This document shows, one piece after another, positions 1-8,560 of a DNA stretch of 64,000 nt (its first letter is position 1; each line of letters starts with the position of its first letter). The stretch is from Promethearchaeota archaeon (lineage in GTDB: Archaea; Asgardarchaeota; Lokiarchaeia; Sigyniarchaeales; SOKP01). The notes under the pieces were generated by a model, which made no database searches, was not told the DNA's origin, and saw nothing but the letters and a program-made list of their open reading frames with translations. The position numbers and the translations under genes are program-made. The stretch lies in assembly GCA_019057795.1 (NCBI GenBank), contig JAHLWS010000087.1, forward strand, positions 43,176-107,175. The letters run 5' to 3'.

Positions 1-324
1 AGTCTAAGAGGATGGAATAGGCTACTTAAACCTAAAGGATTCTTGGTTATTCACGACGAGATTAAGCACTTTTTTGAAAAACGCTATAAAGTTACTAGAT
101 GTGGCTATAAACTTATTGAACACTTTTCTTTGCCAGAGGAAGCTTGGTGGGAAGAATATTATAGACCACTTGAGATTAGAATCAAGCATTTATATAAAAA
201 ATATAGTAACGATCCAGATGCTCTTGGAGTGTTAAATATCCATCAAACTGAGGTAGACATAGTCAAGGCCAGTCCAAAAAGTTTTCAATCAGTTTTTTGT
301 ATAATGCAAAAAAATAAAAAATAA
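1..324 (+). CDS. Class I SAM-dependent methyltransferase, C-terminal part (5' truncated by window edge)
   Basis: Frame 1 is open from base 1: SLRGWNRLLKPKGFLVIHDE matches the 'LKPGGxL' post-motif of class I MTases, followed by 'EEAWWEEYYRPLE'. Confidence 0.75.
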   Translation, partial: SLRGWNRLLKPKGFLVIHDEIKHFFEKRYKVTRCGYKLIEHFSLPEEAWWEEYYRPLEIRIKHLYKKYSNDPDALGVLNIHQTEVDIVKASPKSFQSVFCIMQKNKK

Positions 325-343
325 AAGAAATTATAAAATAGCG

Positions 344-1564
344 TTATTTCAGATAATTTAAGGCTGTTAATGCAAACATTTTCACCAAATCCATTAAATC
401 CTTAATATACACGAACTCATCTTCGGAATGAATGTTATTATCTCTCGCGGAAGCGCCTACTAAGATAGTTGGAATCCCTCTTTCTTGAAACCAGTGCGCA
501 TCGGTTGAAGGCATTAAAGTTTTAAATTCTCTCTTTTCACCATGGATTTTCTCCGCTGCTTTCAGAACAATTTTAGCAAATTCAGAAGATTCATCAATCA
601 CTTGCGGCTCCATTGCAATTGGCATTTGAACTGTTATATCCAAGTCTGGGTCTTCCTCTTTCATTTTTTCAACAAAATCAAGGAGTCTCTTCCTTATACT
701 TGCGACATCTTGTTCCGGAATTGTATTTATACTAAGATGAAGATAACATCGATCTGGAACCGTCGTGATTTTCGTGCCACCATGAATTTCCGCCAGATTA
801 ATACTACTCACGTTAGAACCCCATCCATCTGAAGTGGGATAATTCGTAGTTTTTTCTAGCAGTTCTTCTTTCAGTTTAAGTAAGAAATTCATTATCTTAA
901 CCATCCTCTCGATAGTGTTTATCCCCGAATTCTCATTGCGATAAGGTGGAGGAAGGTCCGGGAATGCCAGCCCATGAGCGGTCTTTCCTTTGATGGTTAT
1001 CGTGATATACAAGGTTCCACCACAATATCCAAAGGGATATCCATTAGCTGCGTCTCCTAATAAGCACGCATCTCCAGAGACTAATCCGCTACTTAGGAGG
1101 TATTCTGCCCCTCTTAATCCTCCAGTTTCTTCATCTCCTACAGCAGTGACTATTAATTTTCCTTTAAGATCAACTCCTGCTTCAAGTAAAGCTTGAATTG
1201 CAAAAATCTCAGCAGTCACTGAAGATTTATCGTCAGAAGCACCTCTTCCATAGATTTTATCTCCAACAATTTCCGCTCCAAATGGATCCTTAGACCACCC
1301 TTTAAAAGCTTCAACCGTATCAAAATGCCCGTTGAAAATTAACGTAGGACCATCACCATTTCCAAGCTCACCAATGACATTATTTCTTTTAATAGATGTT
1401 TTTAAACCGATGTCTCGCATTTTTCGCTCTACGAATTTAGCAACTTCCTTGTATTTTGAAGGGGGATTTTCAGAGGGGATTCTTACTATTTCTTGAAGAA
1501 ATTTAATAATCCCATCCCTCATACTATCTATTTTATCTATAATTAGTTTTTCTAAATCAGCCAT
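344..1564 (-). CDS. M20 family metallopeptidase/deacylase (ArgE/DapE-like)
   Basis: Motifs NGHFDTV, YGRGASDDK, GDEETGG, GKTAHG, NIHSEDE. Confidence 0.92.
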   Translation of the reverse strand: MADLEKLIIDKIDSMRDGIIKFLQEIVRIPSENPPSKYKEVAKFVERKMRDIGLKTSIKRNNVIGELGNGDGPTLIFNGHFDTVEAFKGWSKDPFGAEIVGDKIYGRGASDDKSSVTAEIFAIQALLEAGVDLKGKLIVTAVGDEETGGLRGAEYLLSSGLVSGDACLLGDAANGYPFGYCGGTLYITITIKGKTAHGLAFPDLPPPYRNENSGINTIERMVKIMNFLLKLKEELLEKTTNYPTSDGWGSNVSSINLAEIHGGTKITTVPDRCYLHLSINTIPEQDVASIRKRLLDFVEKMKEEDPDLDITVQMPIAMEPQVIDESSEFAKIVLKAAEKIHGEKREFKTLMPSTDAHWFQERGIPTILVGASARDNNIHSEDEFVYIKDLMDLVKMFALTALNYLK

Positions 1565-1591
1565 ATTTAATCTCCTTTTATAATAATTTAA

Positions 1592-2830
1592 TTAATCTTT
1601 ATTTCTTAAATAATTGAATGCAGTTAAAGCAAAAATTTTTGTTGTATCAATTAAATCGTCAATAGATACAAACTCATCCTCTGCATGTACGTTATTTTCA
1701 TGCGTTCCAGTTCCCATTAGTATCGTTTCAATTCCCTTTTCATGAAACCAATGCCCATCGTTTGCTGATTGGAATAATTTAAACTCTCGATCTTCACTAT
1801 ACACTCTATTTACGGCTTTTTGAACAGCTTGAGCGAATTTAGAATTAAGATCTGATGCAAATGGTTCAAAAGACATTGTAAATTGAACATTGATGTTCAA
1901 GTCACGATCTTCTTTTTTAGCAGCTTCTATGAACTCTAAAATGCGGGTCTTTATACTTTCAACATCTTGTTCTGGAATGGTATTGATAATACAGTATAAT
2001 AAGCATTTATCTGGTACAGTAGATAATTTGTCGCCCCCCTCAATCTTTGCTATATTGACAGTACTTACTTTAGAAGGATGTCCAGGAAAATTTGGATATT
2101 TGGTTTCAGTATTGAGGAACTCTGCTTGTAATTGAGTCAAAAAATTCATCACGCCAATCATTTTTTGTATAGCATTGACTCCAGAATACTCATTTCTATA
2201 AATTGGGATATCGGGGAAACTTAAAGCGTGAGCTTTTTTTCCTTTAATTAAAAATGTAACAAGTAAGAACCCTCCAGTATAGGCTGCAGGAAAACCTCCG
2301 CGCCCATCTCCTAATAGACAAGCATCACCATTAATATGTCCCTTATCCAATAGGTACCTAACCCCATTGAATCCGCCTGTTTCTTCGTCTATTGCCGAAA
2401 TTAAAGTTAAACTTCCCTCAAATTTAATACCTAACTCAAGCAAGGCTTTAGTTGCAAAAATTTCTGCTGTTACACATGCTTTATCGTCACACGCTCCTCG
2501 ACCATATATTTTTCCATCAATTATGTGACCTCCAAATGGGTCTTCTGTCCATCCCTTATAAGCAGGAACGGTATCCATATGACCATATAATAATAAAGAG
2601 GGCTCCGTTAGATTTTGATACTTCCCTACTACATTATTTCGTTTTACAAAAGTTTTAAGACCAAGCTCTTCAAATTTGGTCTGAACGAACTGTGCTATCT
2701 GTTTATACTTACCTGGTGGATTCTCGGAAGGAATTTGAATGATTTGCTTATGAAAATTTATTATCTCCTCCCGCATTTCTTCTATTTTTTCTATAATCGC
2801 TTTTTCAATACTTTCCATTTTTATACTCAC
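1592..2830 (-). CDS. M20 family metallopeptidase/deacylase (tandem paralog)
   Basis: GHMDTV, YGRGACDDK, DEETGG, NVHAEDE; colinear with 344..1564. Confidence 0.92.
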   Translation of the reverse strand: MSIKMESIEKAIIEKIEEMREEIINFHKQIIQIPSENPPGKYKQIAQFVQTKFEELGLKTFVKRNNVVGKYQNLTEPSLLLYGHMDTVPAYKGWTEDPFGGHIIDGKIYGRGACDDKACVTAEIFATKALLELGIKFEGSLTLISAIDEETGGFNGVRYLLDKGHINGDACLLGDGRGGFPAAYTGGFLLVTFLIKGKKAHALSFPDIPIYRNEYSGVNAIQKMIGVMNFLTQLQAEFLNTETKYPNFPGHPSKVSTVNIAKIEGGDKLSTVPDKCLLYCIINTIPEQDVESIKTRILEFIEAAKKEDRDLNINVQFTMSFEPFASDLNSKFAQAVQKAVNRVYSEDREFKLFQSANDGHWFHEKGIETILMGTGTHENNVHAEDEFVSIDDLIDTTKIFALTAFNYLRNKD

Positions 2831-2957
2831 AAATTCTTATTAGATACATATTTGATGTGGATGTATATAAAACTAAAAAATTAAAAAACTAACGATCACA
2901 TAATTACTTATCTTTTTAATAAAAAGAACTTGAATTAATAATTTAAAGTGATAATAG

Positions 2958-3968
2958 ATGGCTAAAAGGGTAGCAATTAACGGATTCGGTAGAATCGGAC
3001 GAAACTTTTTCCGAACAGTAGTAGAGAAATATCCTAACGAAATTGAAATTGTATCCATTAACGATTTATTCGAACCAAAATACTTGGCTTATGTCTTAAA
3101 ATATGATTCTGTTTTTGGGCGATTTAAAGGAACTGTCGAGGCTAAGGAAAAATCTTTGGTAATAAATGGAAAGGAAATTCCTGTTACTGCAGAACGAGAC
3201 CCAGCAAACTTACCGCATGCTAGTAATAATATAGATGTTGCTCTCGAATCCACTGGATTCTTTACGAAAAGAGAGGGCGCTGCAAAGCATTTAGAGGCTG
3301 GAGCTAAGAAAGTTTTAATCAGTGCACCTGCGGGAAATCCTGATTTTACCGTTGTAATAGGTTGTAACGACGATAAATTAACTAACGAGCATAAAATCAT
3401 TTCTATGGCATCTTGTACAACGAATTGTTTAGGTCCAGTAGTAAAAGTATTAATGGACAATTATGGAATTGTTAACGGAATGATGACTACAGTTCATTCA
3501 TATACTGGCGACCAACGACCAGTTGATACAGCAAGAAAAGATGATCCCATAAAAATGATTCGTGGTCGAGCCTGTGCGGCAAATATAGTTCCAACTTCCA
3601 CTGGTGCAGCTAAAGCGATTGGTGTCGTGTTTCCAGAATTAAATGGTAAAATGGATGGCATCGCAATGCGCATTCCAACCCCAAACGGGAGCGTTGTTGA
3701 TTTAAAAGTAAATCTAGGGAAATCTACAACAGTAGAAGATGTTAACGCTAAAATGAAAGAAGCCGCATCGGGTTATCTAAAAGGAATTTTAGAATATACC
3801 GATGATGCAATAGTAACTACCGATATTGTTGGCAATCCCGCAAGTTCTATTTTCTCTAGCTTGTGGACTAAAGTAATCGGTGGCACTTTCTGTGGTGTCG
3901 TTAGCTGGTACGATAACGAGTGGGGTTATTCCAATCGTTTGGCAGATTTAATCGTCAAGAAATTATAA
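2958..3968 (+). CDS. gap: Type I (bacterial/eukaryotic-type) glyceraldehyde-3-phosphate dehydrogenase
   Basis: INGFGRIGR, catalytic ASCTTNCL, TGAAKA, SWYDNEWGYS. Confidence 0.97.
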   Translation: MAKRVAINGFGRIGRNFFRTVVEKYPNEIEIVSINDLFEPKYLAYVLKYDSVFGRFKGTVEAKEKSLVINGKEIPVTAERDPANLPHASNNIDVALESTGFFTKREGAAKHLEAGAKKVLISAPAGNPDFTVVIGCNDDKLTNEHKIISMASCTTNCLGPVVKVLMDNYGIVNGMMTTVHSYTGDQRPVDTARKDDPIKMIRGRACAANIVPTSTGAAKAIGVVFPELNGKMDGIAMRIPTPNGSVVDLKVNLGKSTTVEDVNAKMKEAASGYLKGILEYTDDAIVTTDIVGNPASSIFSSLWTKVIGGTFCGVVSWYDNEWGYSNRLADLIVKKL

Positions 3969-3985
3969 ATCATTAACAATCTCAA

Positions 3986-4022
3986 TTATTTTTATTTTTT
4001 TTCTTTTCTTCTATTTGTTTTA
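3986..4022 (+). terminator. Putative archaeal oligo-T terminator downstream of gap
   Basis: T-rich tract (ttatttttatttttttcttttcttct) shortly after the stop codon. Confidence 0.4.
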
Positions 4023-4216
4023 AAATTTTTGAATTTCTGCTATTCAAATTTAATTAAGTTTTGTTATAGCATCACAGAATCTAATATTTTGAAAAGGTTA
4101 AAAAATTTTAAAATTATTATTTGATTGTGGGGATAGAACATAAAAACAAATTAATAGAAATGTTTTTAAAAATTGACTTTAAATCAGTATTAGAAATATA
4201 AGTTTATAGGATTTAA

Positions 4217-5590
4217 ATGGTTTATTTTCAAATTAGCCCTATTGGATTTGATTGTAGAACGGATAAAAATAATTGTGAGAAATATCCAGATTTCTGTAAG
4301 GAGTGTGTTAAAGCTCAACTTGAAAAATTTGGTTTAAATCTTGATCATAACTTGAAATTCACGATTATCGATTCTGAAGAAAAACATATTCAAATGTTCC
4401 AAGACCTAATATGGCAGAAATTTTTAGATGTTTTGAACATAAAATACATTTTATTAATGGCTAAAGAATCTGGGTTAGCTCTAGTTGATTATCCGATTTC
4501 AGGGGCGGGTGTAAATACTGAGATATTAACTGGATTTATCCAAGCAAATATTACGTTTTCAGAATCTAGTAATACTTCAATTAGAGAAGCAAGTTATAGA
4601 AATAATCTTCAATTTTATGAATTTCAATACGAAACATTCAATATTTTACTTAAAAATGGCCAATTTATTCGAATCTGTTTAGTTTTAGATCATAAAGCTT
4701 CTGATAGCTTGAAAACGCTTGTAACCGACTTTTTAAGCGAATATGAAAGTAGATATCTTGATAAAATTGGAACACATATAAGAAAAGGGATGAGGCATTT
4801 CGAAGATACAATTGATTACATCAAAGACAGTTTTAATGTTAAACTAGTTTTTCCCATGATTCTAACGCACACATTATTACCAGACGAATTAGATTTAATT
4901 CAAAAAAATCCTATCCAAAAAGCAATAATAAATTTTGCAAAAATATTGTTGACTTCAAAAACATTCTTTTTTATTATCAACTTAATCGATGAAGTTCAAA
5001 AAATAGTTCGGATAGACGCAAATAAGATACTTTATGAAGTATACCAACTTATAGAAAAAAAAATAATTATCCCTACTACAATTGAAACTGTTGAAGATAC
5101 AATTTATAAATTTCAAGAATCACGAGCGGTAAGAATAGCTAGTAATGAATTAATTTCTTCATTAATTTCTAATAATGATGCTATAAATGAATTGAAAGAG
5201 AAAGCAAAGCATATGAGCGAAGAAGAAGTTAATTCATCCATAATTTCTTATATAAGAAAAGCTGAAGCTGCCGAAAAAGGATTAGCTTATAAAGAAGCAC
5301 AGATAGAATATGAAATGGCTCTTTACTTAGCATCTGGTTTTGATTATAGAGAGGAAGTAGGGAGAATATCTTTTATGATTTTAGAACTTGACAAAAAGAT
5401 AAAAGAATTGGAACTAGAGTATGCTTTAAATATAGGAGAAAAAGCTGAGAAAAAAAAGGATTACATCAAAGCTATTAATTATTATCAACAAGGATTAAAA
5501 ATTCTAAATGATGCTCAAGACCTTGATGGAAACGACTCTCGAATAAAAAAATTGAAAAAAAAAATTGCAAACCTTCAAAAAAATTTATAA
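4217..5590 (+). CDS. Asgard-type multidomain protein: Cys-rich N-terminus, longin-like domain, winged helix, TPR-like C-terminus
   Basis: C-x6-C-x6-C-x2-C at N-terminus; longin-like pattern (ILLMAKESGLAL..EILTGFIQA..FNILLKNGQFIRICLVL..FLSEYESRY); C-terminal helical repeats (KAEKKKDYIKAINYYQQGLKIL). Confidence 0.6.
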   Translation: MVYFQISPIGFDCRTDKNNCEKYPDFCKECVKAQLEKFGLNLDHNLKFTIIDSEEKHIQMFQDLIWQKFLDVLNIKYILLMAKESGLALVDYPISGAGVNTEILTGFIQANITFSESSNTSIREASYRNNLQFYEFQYETFNILLKNGQFIRICLVLDHKASDSLKTLVTDFLSEYESRYLDKIGTHIRKGMRHFEDTIDYIKDSFNVKLVFPMILTHTLLPDELDLIQKNPIQKAIINFAKILLTSKTFFFIINLIDEVQKIVRIDANKILYEVYQLIEKKIIIPTTIETVEDTIYKFQESRAVRIASNELISSLISNNDAINELKEKAKHMSEEEVNSSIISYIRKAEAAEKGLAYKEAQIEYEMALYLASGFDYREEVGRISFMILELDKKIKELELEYALNIGEKAEKKKDYIKAINYYQQGLKILNDAQDLDGNDSRIKKLKKKIANLQKNL

Positions 5591-5814
5591 AATTAAAGAA
5601 CAAAGCTACTTCTTTTATTATCTTCAATGTATTATGCCAAAAAAAAATGAACATTTTATTATACTTTTACTCCTCAATTAATTCGATTCTTATCTTATTT
5701 TTAAACATTAATAGTATGTTTTATTTTACGAAAAATTATGACTCTTTTATCTTATTAATAGGATTTTGTACTACGAATCATAACTCAAGGTAAATTATAG
5801 ATTTAGAATAAGAA

Positions 5815-6267
5815 ATGTATGATTCTCTTAAAAAGTATAATAATCAAGTATACACTGGCATGAAGATTGGTGGGTCTCATAAATGGATCTACAACGACGG
5901 AAAATGGACTGAAACAAAAACCGCTCCAACTAAATGGACAATTAACTTTAATAGTGTGAAAACAAGAATAAATCCAGCACCATCTAATTCAGGGGCTAAT
6001 ATTGGCACAAAATTTCATTGGTACATTATTGCCGATCAAATCGCGACTAAACTAAATAAAGATTCTTATATGACGCAAATGAAGGGCATTAAATATAAAG
6101 TTGGCCATAAGCGTCCTCATTGGCGAACTTTTAGCTACAATTATCCTGAGCAAAACTCGTATAAAGAACGAGTCATAAAAATATTAGAAGATACTCTTAA
6201 CAAATTAAAGAATGAAAATTTGCCTAAAATCAACTCAATAACTCGCTTTCTTTTTAATGAAATTTAA
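5815..6267 (+). CDS. Hypothetical protein (Trp/aromatic-rich, basic)
   Basis: 150-aa ORF with ATG start and protein-like composition (YTGMKIGGSHKWIY, HWYIIADQ, KVGHKRPHW). Confidence 0.7.
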   Translation: MYDSLKKYNNQVYTGMKIGGSHKWIYNDGKWTETKTAPTKWTINFNSVKTRINPAPSNSGANIGTKFHWYIIADQIATKLNKDSYMTQMKGIKYKVGHKRPHWRTFSYNYPEQNSYKERVIKILEDTLNKLKNENLPKINSITRFLFNEI

Positions 6268-6906
6268 TTGATAGACAAACCAATTGCCGAAACCTTCGAA
6301 AAAATCCAGACCTGCTTCTTTTGCCCACCTTTTTTCTGTTCTACGCAGTGGATAATCAGGATCCAGAAAGAGTTCACTCAAAGATATTATACCATCTGGT
6401 TTTAGAATTCGTTTAAATTCCCTTAAAGCTTTTATAGGATCAGGAATTTCGGGTAAACAAGTAATCGCAAAGACTCGATCTACGCTTTCATCTTCAAACG
6501 AAAGATTGTGAGCATCGTCTATTTTAGGAATAATATTTTGAATATTCTCTTTTTTAATTTTTTTCTTTAAACGGTTGATGATTGATTCTTGAATATCAAT
6601 TGCAAATACTTTTCCATTAGGTTGTACTTTTTCCGCTACAGCTTTCGTATAACTGCCTTTACCGGGACCAATTTCTACTACAATCATTCCGGGTTTAAGT
6701 TGCATTCGTTCAGCAATAAGTTCAGGTTTTTGTATTAATCTACGACGGAACGGGTTATCAATCAATCTCGTTGCGAAAGCCGGGATGGGAAATTTGTATA
6801 TTTTTCTAATAATTCTTACTATTACAAACAATATGAATAAGAAACACAAAAAAGCAATCAATAATATGAAAAAAACAGTTCCTAATATTGATGTCCAATC
6901 TGAGAT
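6235..6906 (-). CDS. Class I SAM-dependent methyltransferase with N-terminal membrane anchor (start possibly ATC at 6906)
   Basis: EIGPGKGSYT SAM motif I, AIDIQ, ILKPDG; frame stays open upstream of the TTG at 6861 to a GGTGA site. Confidence 0.85.
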   Translation of the reverse strand: MSDWTSILGTVFFILLIAFLCFLFILFVIVRIIRKIYKFPIPAFATRLIDNPFRRRLIQKPELIAERMQLKPGMIVVEIGPGKGSYTKAVAEKVQPNGKVFAIDIQESIINRLKKKIKKENIQNIIPKIDDAHNLSFEDESVDRVFAITCLPEIPDPIKALREFKRILKPDGIISLSELFLDPDYPLRRTEKRWAKEAGLDFFEGFGNWFVYQLNFIKKKASY

Positions 6907-6909
6907 TTT

Positions 6910-6973
6910 AATTTCACCAATTATTTTTAATATAGTTTAAGAAAATTTTTTTCATTTAATTTGTTTCTAAATA
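6910..6973. repeat. 64-bp imperfect direct repeat, copy 1 (contains minus-strand GGTGA RBS)
   Basis: aatttcaccaattatttttaatatagtttaag...; 55/64 identical ungapped to 7401..7464 by manual count. Confidence 0.85.
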
Positions 6974-7060
6974 TCAAATTGGAGTTCTGGGTTAAGTATC
7001 TCACCAGATTTTATATATTTACAAAGCAATACTTAACATTGAAAGAGTCTCCAAGATTTC

Positions 7061-7309
7061 TTACAATCCAGACATATTCCAATCTCTCTTTAGATTAATT
7101 AACTCTTCCCGTTGATCGAGTAAATGCCTTAAAGTAATTGCATCATTTTCAGCTTCATCTAATGTTTCATTTTTAGCATCGTTTAAAAATTTAATAGGTG
7201 ATTCATAACTCCATTTAACTAAAACCTTATCTATTTCATCATATAAAAATTTCAATTTTAAATCAACAAGTTCTTCTAAAAGTTCTTTTTTTACGGGAAT
7301 TGTAGTCAA
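7061..7309 (-). CDS. Small acidic helical protein, possible antitoxin
   Basis: 82 aa; GTGAGG RBS upstream of the TTG start; lies between the two 64-bp repeats. Confidence 0.6.
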   Translation of the reverse strand: MTTIPVKKELLEELVDLKLKFLYDEIDKVLVKWSYESPIKFLNDAKNETLDEAENDAITLRHLLDQREELINLKRDWNMSGL

Positions 7310-7400
7310 TTATTCCTCACCAAGCTCTATAAGGATTTTTAAGCATAAATATTTATTCTATCTAACAAAATTCTTATTATTATGTCTTTTTCAAGACTTA

Positions 7401-7464
7401 AATTTCACCAATTGTTTTTAATATGGTTTAAGAATTTTTTTATCCTTTAATTTTGTTCCAAATA
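7401..7464. repeat. 64-bp imperfect direct repeat, copy 2
   Basis: aatttcaccaattgtttttaatatggtttaag...; matches 6910..6973. Confidence 0.85.
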
Positions 7465-7510
7465 ATTTAAAAAGGAAATAATTTTAATATCTTTTAATTT
7501 ATTCATATTC

Positions 7511-8437
7511 ATGGACTTAAGCACTGCGAAAGAAATCAAACTTGAAGATAAAGGTTTTTTCGACAAATATTTTCAGAATTACCCTCCCCAGACATCTGAA
7601 TTCACTTTTACGAATCTATACATGTGGAGGAATTTTTACGGATTATTTTTTATGGAATGGAAAGAGCATCTTTTAATTTTTTCACGGGATATTTTTAAGA
7701 AAAGGAAAGCCACGATGTCCGGAAGCGATAACACCCTATTTTTTTTCACTCCAATCGGCACAAGACCTGCTGATGTAATTATTGCTCTATTCGAAAATTT
7801 TAATGAAATTGAATTTCACAGGGTACCAGAGCAGGTTACAGAAGTTCTTAAAAACCACGAAAAGTTTTTGGCTTTAAATATTGAGATTTTTGAAGATCGA
7901 GATAATTGGGACTATGTATACGAGGGAGATAACCTTAGAAATCTACCGGGTAATCGCTACCGCCAAAATAGAAGGTGGTTAAACAAGTTTTTAGAAAATT
8001 ACGATTATGAATTTAAGATATTAACGGAGGACGAAGTTGCCACGACCAAGAAACTACAGTTGGAGTGGTGTATTCTTAGAGAATGTGAAGACGACGAAGG
8101 TTTGGAACAGGAGGAGAAAGCCATTTACGACGCTTTAGACAATTTTTCTGCGTTAGGATTTAAAGGATCGTTAATTTGCGTCGATAACAAATGTGTTGCT
8201 TACACATTTGGAGAAATGTTAAATTCGGACACGATCGTAATACATATTGAGAAAGCGCATATGGAGTATGAAGGTGCGTATCAAACGATTAGCAATCTGT
8301 TTTTAAAAAGTAGTTTTATTAATGCCATGTTCGTTAATCGAGAGCAAGATTTAGGAGTTCCCGGTTTACGTAGAGCAAAAGAATCGTATAAACCAATTCA
8401 TATGGTCCAAAAAAGCATACTATATCGAAAAACATAG
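7511..8437 (+). CDS. DUF2156 / aminoacyl-phosphatidylglycerol synthase C-terminal-like GNAT-fold protein
   Basis: SEFTFTNLYMW, DRDNWDYVY, HIEKA, NREQDLGVPGLRRAKESYKP. Confidence 0.88.
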   Translation: MDLSTAKEIKLEDKGFFDKYFQNYPPQTSEFTFTNLYMWRNFYGLFFMEWKEHLLIFSRDIFKKRKATMSGSDNTLFFFTPIGTRPADVIIALFENFNEIEFHRVPEQVTEVLKNHEKFLALNIEIFEDRDNWDYVYEGDNLRNLPGNRYRQNRRWLNKFLENYDYEFKILTEDEVATTKKLQLEWCILRECEDDEGLEQEEKAIYDALDNFSALGFKGSLICVDNKCVAYTFGEMLNSDTIVIHIEKAHMEYEGAYQTISNLFLKSSFINAMFVNREQDLGVPGLRRAKESYKPIHMVQKSILYRKT

Positions 8438-8560
8438 GAAATAATAATTGGATTTATGAAAGTTTAAATACCATTTTTAAATTGTAGAAGTTAAGTAGAT
8501 ATAATTAATATATATGAATTTACATATAATACAAAAGAAACGAAATTAATGTGATTCAAA

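Noticed and set aside
542-2884. Short plus-strand ORFs antisense to the M20 genes (542..832, 990..1196, 1890..2135, 2452..2658, 2615..2884)
   Set aside because: Shadow ORFs opposite well-supported genes, with no recognisable motifs
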